From: Tubiluchus corallicola
Lineage: Eukaryota; Animalia; Priapulida
Length of the DNA stretch: 6,285 bases
Assembly: GCA_030141605.1 (NCBI GenBank)
Contig: JAQGDQ010002253.1
Coordinates: 1 to 6,285, forward strand
Direction: 5' to 3'
A model generated the notes under the pieces. That model had not been told where the DNA came from, searched no databases, and was given only the letters and a program-made list of their open reading frames with translations. The position numbers and the translations under genes are program-made. Below are positions 1 to 6,285 of the stretch, piece by piece; positions within the stretch are counted from its first letter, which is position 1, and the number at the start of each line of letters is the position of its first letter.

Positions 1-730
1 ACAATGTGGAAGTTGAAACCTGTTATATTGATATTCTTTTAATTTCTTTTTAAAGTGGTGGAGAGATTCTATTAGTTTTATTTCACTGGGTAGTAAGTTC
101 CATAAATGTATGGCCTGTTTTGATATAGAGTTATTTCCAAATTTGTTGTTTACTGTAATTTGCTTTAAATTGTGTGTTCTATTGTTTAAAGTGGTATCAG
201 GAATGAATGCTAAGGGATTGTTTATAAATGGAATGCTCAGTTTGTTGATATATTTATAAAGAAATATCAGTGTTTTGTAATCTCGATAGGCTTCTAATAT
301 TGGTTTTTTGTGGACGTTCTTAAGCTTGTTGCAGATGCAGCATGTTGTTTAGCAGTTTTATTAGAATAGCCATGAATTAATCTAAGTGCGTAGTTTTGCA
401 TTGTATTTAGTTTTCTATAGTTTTCATTCTTAACGTTTTGAAGTAAGTGCAACCATACAGATAATGTGGTAATATTAGACTTTTGTAGATGAGAATTTTT
501 GTTTTCTTGGTCAGATGGCCTCTGGTTTGGCGTAAGAATGCCGTGCTTAATGCCATCTTGTTGTGTATTTGTTGAAACTGTTCATCCCAAGTGAGTTTAT
601 TATCGACAGTAATGCCTAAAAATTTTACATTTTTTGCTTGTTCTATGGAACAGTCACCTACTTTTAGTGTTGTATTAGAAGTAATGTCATTTGATTTGGG
701 TGATATTAAGGGAATATGAAGACATTCGAA
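1..730 (-). mobile_element. Degenerate non-LTR retrotransposon (CR1/L2/Crack group LINE), 3' part of ORF2: end of RT, thumb and C-terminus; runs off the left edge
   Basis: Manual minus-strand translation gives three frames. 730->~421 reads ...LKVGDCSIEQAKNVKFLGITVDNKLTWDEQFQQIHNK...LTKKTKILIYKSLILPHYLYGC (RT domain 7 and thumb). After a frameshift near 420 it reads YRKLNTMQNYALRLIHG. After a second frameshift near 345-300 it reads ...FGNNSISKQAIHLWNLLPSEIKLIESLHHFKKKLKEY, the WNxLP...S...FKxxLK C-terminal signature of CR1/L2-group ORF2. A weaker remnant (NTDLDVIRK, 792->766) suggests the element extends to about 840. Confidence 0.9.
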
Positions 731-1635
731 TCAGCGAATAAACAATGAACTGTAAGCTAGAGATCTTTGCGTATTACATCCAAGTCTGTGTTTAAATGTG
801 ATTTATTGTAGTTAGCCTATTGCTGCTAGTACATGTTAGCCAATGGTTTCAACAATTAAGCGTCATGATACAACTTATAAGAAAGAGTAACTATCTCAGA
901 ATTTATTAATTGAAGACAAAACTAAACATTCGACAAAACACCATTAATGGAGTCGGGTGATATAAAAAATTGTTAGTTTTTAATTTTCCAAAGGTTGGAA
1001 ATAGCTGTTAAATTCATTTATACCCTTTCCACTTTGACTTTGTTTCACTTCAAAATTTAGCAAGCGAAATTAAGGCACATAAGAGAATTCTGCAGAATTT
1101 AGATATAGTAATAAAATTGTAAATGAATTTCGTTTCGCAAGTGTGAGTGCTTTTGACGGCTAAAAACCGTGGTAAAACTGCTCTTGTCACTTTGCGATGA
1201 TTTAAGTGACAGCTTTCGTTTAAAACTTACTGATTAAAATGTTTTTCACAATAATCAATAAAATGTATGTAAATGCTTTTGTGTTTTACATTAATAGTTT
1301 CAGCGAAATCGGAATCGATCAAGGGTCAGCTCTTTGTTCTTTTGATTGTCAGAGATCGTGTCTCACGTTTCTCTGAGTTTGTGCAATTTTGAAGTGAACG
1401 TTTGTGATCACAAAGTTAAAACTTACATCAGTGTACGAACAAAGTGATAAAGAATGTGAACGCAATTAACTTATAAATCATAAACTGATAATTCTTGAGG
1501 ATTTGATGAATTTTGATCAATAAAATTTTTATTTAATAGAAAGGACAGCAGAACTTTAATACGTTTAGTTTCTTCCTACTCGTCTACATTATTGTTATAT
1601 GGTGAATGGCAGGCAACTGATCCTTTTGTATATAC

Positions 1636-1924
1636 TGTTGCGGGGGCGAAATGTCATTCATTTTTGCCACACCCCTCTACACTGTGGTGGTTCGATTCAT
1701 TACGAAGCCATTACACAGCAGTTATAAGTAGCTCGTCGTTCAGTGGGCTGTCAGGCAGGTGCGTTTTCCACTTCAGCACCTGCTTCGTAATGACACTGGC
1801 ATGGAGCACAATGGAGTTGATAACTGGCGAGTTACTTGATTCTATAATTTCACTTTTACTACTGTTTTTTACGTTTTCTTCCTGCTATGGCGGAGAGAAT
1901 CAGCAATATCCGCTCAACGTTATA
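1636..1924 (+). repeat. 5' LTR (289 bp)
   Basis: It starts TGTTGCGGGGGCGAAATG and ends CGCTCAACGTTATA (terminal CA appears mutated to TA). It aligns end to end with 3078-3364. My hand count is roughly 33 substitutions plus several indels, about 87-88% identity over aligned columns. Confidence 0.92.
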
Positions 1925-1925
1925 C

Positions 1926-1942
1926 TGGTGGCCAGTACGGGG
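1926..1942 (+). promoter_or_regulatory. Primer-binding site complementary to the 3' end of tRNA-Ile(AAT)
   Basis: TGGTGGCCAGTACGGGG is the reverse complement of CCCCGTACTGGCCACCA, the 3' end (with CCA) of metazoan tRNA-Ile(AAT) as I recall it. It lies immediately 3' of the 5' LTR. Confidence 0.9.
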
Positions 1943-1964
1943 GGAGGGGGCAATAGTTCAAATC

Positions 1965-2060
1965 TGCCCCCAGCGGATTCGAACCTGCAACCTTAGATCG
2001 GCAGCAGGACAGCACCGCCACGGCATGGAACCGACGAAACCACTAAGCAGTACGACGGAC
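1965..2060 (-). pseudogene. tRNA-like (Trp/Arg-like) sequence with Pol III internal promoter boxes, antisense within the LTR element
   Basis: The minus strand has a perfect B box GGTTCGAATCC (1985->1975) and an A-box-like CTGCTTAGTGG (2050->2040). The ends GTCC(G)TCG / TGGGGGCA are acceptor-like. A CCA triplet sits at the anticodon-equivalent position (2028->2026) and is followed by ~26 extra nt. The cloverleaf is imperfect, so I do not call it a functional tRNA. Confidence 0.55.
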
Positions 2061-2691
2061 TTCTTTCATGTCTTAGTTAGTTCTTCAAAACCCAGAGCTC
2101 TCAAAAGTCCTCATTAGCAGGTACCTTGAAAGTTAATCCGTGTCTGCTTTACTGTGGCCTCCTTAATTACTTGTGAGGGTGCTGTGAATAGATGTCGATA
2201 TTAAGATTTTATGTGTGATCTGTACTTGCTATAGCAGCACCTGGACTGTTGTTTTTAAATTAATGATTGAATTTTGGGAAAAGCTATGTGTAGATGTGTA
2301 GACGTTTCGTGAAGACCACTTCCGCTGTCACCGAGGGCCTCGACACATACTGTAGTCGCTTGGTTTGACGATGGTGTCGGCAGTATGGACGTCATAGCCT
2401 AACAATTCGCCGGGTTCGTACATTTGAAGGAGCAGCTACATGAAGAGACGAAGAGACGCAAAGAGCTTCTCGATCTGTTATCGCCTCAAAGAAGAAGAAC
2501 AACTGTTCTACGTTGGTTGGTGCAGCTTTACTAGCCTGCGGACCTAATCCAGCCATTAAGGAACACCCACCTTGCAAGCGAGACGCACCTACTCCGACAT
2601 CAACTTTTATGGCAAGTTGAACCCCAGAAATCTCCATGTTGAAGACCGCCTGCTGAACCTGGCCCGGATGGAGCCAGCCCTTCGAGCAACT

Positions 2692-2842
2692 TTTATAAAT
2701 TTCAAAATGTTAAATTTTAAAATGTTTAAACTAAAACGGCTGCAAATTTATAAATTTCAAAATGCCTAAAGTAGAACTGCTGTAAATTCAAAATGCTGAA
2801 ACTAGGACTGCTGCAAATTTATAAACTTCAAAACTAGAATTC
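2692..2842. repeat. Degenerate minisatellite, ~31-40 bp unit (approx. TTTATAAATTTCAAAATGCTTAAACTAGAACTGCTGCAAA), about 4 partial copies
   Basis: TTCAAAATG and AAACTAGAACTGCTGCAAA motifs recur. CTG(C/T)AAA occurs at 2740, 2780 and 2811 (spacing 40 and 31 nt). Confidence 0.8.
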
Positions 2843-3039
2843 TTCATTGACAAAAAATTTTGCCTCTTTCTAAGCTTTATGCAAGCTTTGCAATTGAATT
2901 TTTTCGTGAAATTTTCTCATATTTTGAATTGTCATGTAAATTGATGATCGTAAAATTCATTTTGGTAAGCGTATTGCAATCTTTGTAAACTTTTTTGGTT
3001 TCAATAAAAAAATTATTTCTTCTCCTGCGTGCTTAATTT

Positions 3040-3077
3040 TGGTTCGAGGACGAACCATTTTCTGTAGAGGAGGGTAG
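3040..3077 (+). promoter_or_regulatory. Pre-PPT hairpin (TGGTTCG-AGGA-CGAACCA) and polypurine tract (AGAGGAGGG)
   Basis: A 7-bp perfect stem at 3040-3057 contains TTCGAGGACGAA, a motif I recall as common just upstream of the PPT in Ty3/Gypsy elements. The purine run 3066-3074 ends 3 nt before the TG of the 3' LTR. Confidence 0.8.
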
Positions 3078-3364
3078 TGTTACGGGGGCGAAATGGCATT
3101 TATTTTGCATTGTGGTGGTTCGACCCATTACGAAGCCATTGCATACCAGCTATAAGTAGCTGGTATGGAATGGCCTCGTTGGTTCAGTGGGCTGACGGGC
3201 AGGTGCGTTTTCCGCCTTAGCACCTGCTCCGCAATGACAACCGGCATGGAGCACAATGGAGTAGACATCAGGCGAGTTACTTAATTCTATAATTTCACTT
3301 TTATTACTGCTTTTTTACGCTTTCTTCCTGACATGCGTATCAGCACCATCCGCTCAATGTTACA
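3078..3364 (+). repeat. 3' LTR (287 bp)
   Basis: It starts TGTTAC and ends GTTACA, giving TG...CA with a 5/6 terminal inverted repeat. It is a direct repeat of 1636-1924 and is preceded by the PPT. Confidence 0.92.
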
Positions 3365-3368
3365 GTAT

Positions 3369-4791
3369 TAATAAACAAACCATGACGGATCCACCTATCT
3401 GGCGTTGCAGTTGTCAATTATGTAAAATTACTTCCTACAGCTAACTATACAATCACAGCTATTATCTGCGCGAAATGTGCAGAAAAACGCAATCGCTGTA
3501 CAACACGTAAGGGAAGCATGTCTATTACTTTTTCTGACCAGTTAACTGCAAAACCGACAAAAGTTGCTAGCGTGAAAGACTAGTTCCAAATGTTTGTTAT
3601 TGGAGGAACTAGTGGAGCGAGCCTTGAAACTTGTTTAGAATGAAACAAACAAAGAGAAATGAATCAAAACAATACAAATACTGAGTGAAGCTGAGTCAAT
3701 TCAGATAGAAAGCTGAAGTCGATATTCGATTAACTTAACGAAGTGAGTTCAGTCACTAGAAAGGTAAATGAAAAGATGAACACACGTTCTATAACTTCTG
3801 CATCCGAAGTATCGCATAAAGACAGTAAAAAGAAGCATCAAGTTCAAGCAGCGATTAACAAAGACTTGCGAAAATGTCAGTATCCAAAATACAGCAACCT
3901 GTTGTTTACGACCATTCTCGTGTTGTCATCATAAAGAATGTCAACAGTAAGCAGATAGTGAAATTTAACTTTTCCCTAAAAAACATTTCCACGACATCTT
4001 TCCCTTCACACAGTTTGAGACCAGTAATAAAACAGCTAGGGGAGTTGTCCAATTGCAGCTGAAAAATGAAGCCGATGTTCACAAATGGAAATCTACATAC
4101 GTAGGTAACAATACTTGTGATAGGGTTAACTCGAGATTGCGACACACAGTAGTCTGACGATGAAGTAGAGTTTGAATTAAACCAGACAGTTTAGTCTAGT
4201 GGTAACGCATCCGCTTTCCCTCTGGGAGGTCGTGAGTTCGATACAGCGAACGTGTCATAGCAAAGGCTTCAAAAATGGTACTTCCTGTTGCCCTGCTTGG
4301 CGAGCGGTATTTAGAGCAAAAGTGGGGTAATGATAGTCTCTGTAAAGTAGTTGTAAGTTTTTTATCTATAGTCGGCGGTAATAACTCTTTGAGCTTATTT
4401 TAATTGTTCACCCAAAAGCCGACTATAAATAAAGATTAGTATTACATTATTATTACGCCGCTTCTATGATGTAGCTAAAATTGAAAGATTTAGAAAGAAA
4501 ATCGGCTCCACGTTCCCGTTAGTAAAGGTGATTTTTAAAATATCTAGTGATCTAGATAGAGCAATATCCGAGGGAATCGCGACAGGTAACATTGAAGAGT
4601 TCATTGCCAAGAAAAACAATACCGTGTTTTAATTGCTATAAGTTCAACCACCTCGCGAAGTGATGTAGATCGAAGACTGTTTTTCGCAAAATCACAAAAC
4701 ATCAGATTGTGAGGAGGCAAATGTGAAATGCTTAAATTGTAAAGGTGAACGCGAGACCTGGAAACAAAATGAAACGCTCCTTATAAAAGAA
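3369..4791 (+). pseudogene. Degenerate LINE ORF1 (gag-like nucleic-acid-binding protein with three CCHC zinc knuckles), interrupted by a SINE and cut by an antisense LINE
   Basis: Knuckle 1 is CFNCYKFNHLAK*C (4625-4666; C-x2-C-x4-H-x4-C). Knuckle 2 survives as SQNHKTSDC (4684-4710). Knuckle 3 is CLNCKGE(R)ETWKQN (4729-4770; CGC is one change from CAC/His). Upstream frameshifted blocks look RRM-like: SRVVIIKNV, KTARGVVQLQLKNEAD, and SDDEVEFEL//RRFYDVAKIERFRKKIGSTFPLVKVIF...AISEGI. The 5' boundary is uncertain. Confidence 0.78.
4180..4455 (+). mobile_element. tRNA-derived SINE, probably MetaSINE superfamily
   Basis: The A box TAGTCTAGTGG (4192-4202) and B box AGTTCGATACA (4235-4245) are 32 nt apart. 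They are followed by GTCATAGCAAAGGCTTCAAAAATGGTACTTCCTGTTGCCCTGCTTGGCG (4254-4302), which resembles the Meta central domain as I recall it. A 3' stem-loop (4361-4433), AATAAA and a short (ATT)n-like tail follow. Removing the element rejoins the ORF1 frame. Confidence 0.85.
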
Positions 4792-4956
<165 letters not shown>

Positions 4957-4962
4957 AGCATT

Positions 4963-4968
4963 TTTATT
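4963..4968 (-). promoter_or_regulatory. Polyadenylation-type signal AATAAA at the LINE 3' end
   Basis: TTTATT on the + strand lies just before the (TAA)n tail on the minus strand. The hexamer is common in AT-rich DNA, so position is the only support. Confidence 0.55.
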
Positions 4969-5267
4969 AAACAATAAATACATTGTCTCCCCTCTATTTG
5001 CAGGGGTTCATTTACAAAATATAGCTATTTCCGATAACAATATTATACATAATGCAAATTTCGTATACACATACATACTTGAGTAGTGTTTCAGTTTGTT
5101 AACTTTTACATATATACATCAAAACCACAATTTTAACTTTCACAACACCTATTAAGAATAAATTTAAAATATGTACATGTTTTTCTGTAAATATAATTTG
5201 AATTAATTTATAACAATTTTTCCGCACAACATCTCTAACAATATCTACATATGCCTGACATGCATCT

Positions 5268-6285
5268 TTATCTCTTTTTAAATAAATTTCGCGTATGTTG
5301 GCTGAGGGTAGAACTTGTCTTAAATTTATGAGGTGTTTGAGGAGTTGCATTATTACAATGACAGCAATCTGTATTTTGTTCACCTATTCTATACCGAAAT
5401 GATTTAGTTCCTCTATTTAAAAGTAAGTTTAATGCAGTTGTTTCAATAAGTCTTTCGTAATGCATTAGTGGTAAACACAGGTGTAGGTCTATCTTGTGGT
5501 AAATTTGCTATTTGGGTACAATAATAAAATCTGCTTTCCCATTGTGTCGTTAAAAATTTTGAGCCATCCTTTTTACTATAAATAAAGTTTTCCCTAGGGA
5601 GATTTAACAATATCTCACTTCTCATATTTATGTCCTTTGTAATCTTCAAGAAAGACTTGATAGTTGCCAGGTGAATTTTTACGGGATGCACACAATATCT
5701 AGTATTATTTGGCATGGTTTCACATAGAGCTATTTCCTTCTTAAGTAGATCATTTTCTGGATTGGCTAACACTTTTAACATAAATTTACTACATATATTA
5801 TCATACGTTATATCAATGGGAGGGACACCACAAATATGTTGGATTTCATTTTTGCTAGGATTGTATCCTACACCCGCTGCTGTTTTGATAACATCATACC
5901 ACTGGTCTTCGAAATAACCATGCTTTTTGACCATCCAGGCAACTGATCGATAGAAGACGGTAGGTACAACAGTTGTTTCAAACAACTTTATAATTGTGGA
6001 CATTTTCATACCTTTATACTTAAAAGATAATTGTTTAATGTTGTGCCACTTTTTCCAAACTTTTTATCTAATTTTAGCAATATGTTTATCAAAACTCATT
6101 TGTTTGTCGAAGGTTACTCCCAGACATTTTGTATCATTTACTTAACTTATCGACTTTTGCCCAATTTTTAGCGATGGTATGGTATTTTCATTCACATTAC
6201 CAAATATAATAGCCTCAATCTTGTCTGCATCACAATTTAAAATCTGTCTCCACTTTTGTCACTACATTGTTGTGCAATATCCTGA
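5268..6285 (-). pseudogene. Decayed LINE ORF2 C-terminal half: RT domains 6-7, thumb, C-terminal zinc knuckle
   Basis: The frame of track ORF 5443..6009, extended upstream through in-frame stops, reads QKWRQILNCDADKIEAIIFG...SLKIGQKSIS*VNDTKCLGVTFDKQMSFDKHIAKIR*K...GMKMSTIIKLFETTVVPTVFYRSVAW...ICGVPPIDI. After a frameshift near 5450 it reads DCCHCNNATPQTPHKFKTS, which is C-x-C-x8-H-x4-(S; AGT is one change from TGT). A further frameshift probably carries the true end slightly beyond 5268. Confidence 0.85.

Larger units (their letters stand above)
1636..3364 (+). mobile_element. Non-autonomous LTR retrotransposon, Ty3/Gypsy-like (LTR-PBS-noncoding internal region-PPT-LTR)
   Basis: Direct repeats lie at 1636-1924 and 3078-3364, with TG...CA outer termini. 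A PBS starts 2 nt after the 5' LTR and a purine tract lies directly before the 3' LTR. No gag/pol motif was found in the ~1.15-kb interior. The 4-bp flanks ATAC/GTAT match only 2 of 4, so a TSD is not confirmed. Confidence 0.88.

Noticed and set aside
859-870. Minus-strand YHDA as a decayed YADD catalytic motif of the left LINE
   Set aside because: It is roughly in the expected place but needs three substitutions and is followed by a stop, which is too weak to support.
1326-1360. Inr/DPE-like internal promoter marking the 5' end of the plus-strand LINE
   Set aside because: The motifs are short, degenerate and about 2 nt off the canonical spacing, so they cannot be told from chance.
1631-1925. 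TATAC direct repeat (1631-1635, 1921-1925) as the TSD of a solo LTR
   Set aside because: A tRNA-Ile PBS begins at 1926, so this is a 5' LTR followed by internal sequence. The second TATAC arises from a CA->TA change at the LTR end.
1592-2117. ORFs 1592..1996 and 1887..2117 as genes
   Set aside because: They cross the flank/LTR/PBS boundaries, have no recognisable motif, and the frame is not preserved in the 3' LTR.
2392-2769. ORFs 2392..2637 (-) and 2572..2769 (+)
   Set aside because: Neither has a recognisable domain, and the second runs into the minisatellite.
2692-2842. CRISPR array or iterons
   Set aside because: The units are degenerate and adjacent, with no unique spacers and no cas genes, in a eukaryotic retroelement context.
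3906-4145. Minus-strand ORF 3906..4145
   Set aside because: It is an antisense shadow of the degenerate plus-strand ORF1.
4182-4255. Functional tRNA gene
   Set aside because: The acceptor and T stems do not pair properly, and the sequence continues into a SINE body and tail.
5714-5917. Plus-strand ORF 5714..5917
   Set aside because: It is an antisense shadow of the LINE ORF2 remnant.
5443-6009. 188-aa ORF as a standalone functional CDS
   Set aside because: It is an internal fragment of ORF2, bounded by in-frame stops upstream and a frameshift downstream.

Overview
This is AT-rich, almost certainly animal (metazoan) nuclear DNA with no intact protein-coding gene. It is a nest of at least five decayed retroelements. 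(1) At 1-730 (-) is the 3' part of ORF2 of a CR1/L2-group LINE with two frameshifts. (2) At 1636-3364 (+) is a structurally complete 1.73-kb non-autonomous LTR retrotransposon, Ty3/Gypsy-like. It has two ~288-bp LTRs, a tRNA-Ile(AAT) primer-binding site, a TTCGAGGACGAA hairpin plus polypurine tract, and no recognisable gag/pol. It also carries an antisense tRNA-like segment just after the PBS and an internal minisatellite. (3) At about 3369-4791 (+) is a degenerate LINE ORF1 with three CCHC zinc knuckles, probably beginning near 1606 with a PHD finger that the LTR element split. (4) At about 4180-4455 (+) is a tRNA-derived SINE with a Meta-like central domain inserted in that ORF1. (5) At 4792->6285 (-) is the 3' half of an I/Jockey-group LINE whose (TAA)n tail is the long trinucleotide repeat. 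The most unusual object is the non-coding LTR element with its antisense tRNA-like/Pol III cassette. I found no evidence of a prokaryotic system, and novelty cannot be claimed without database searches. All alignments and translations were done by hand.
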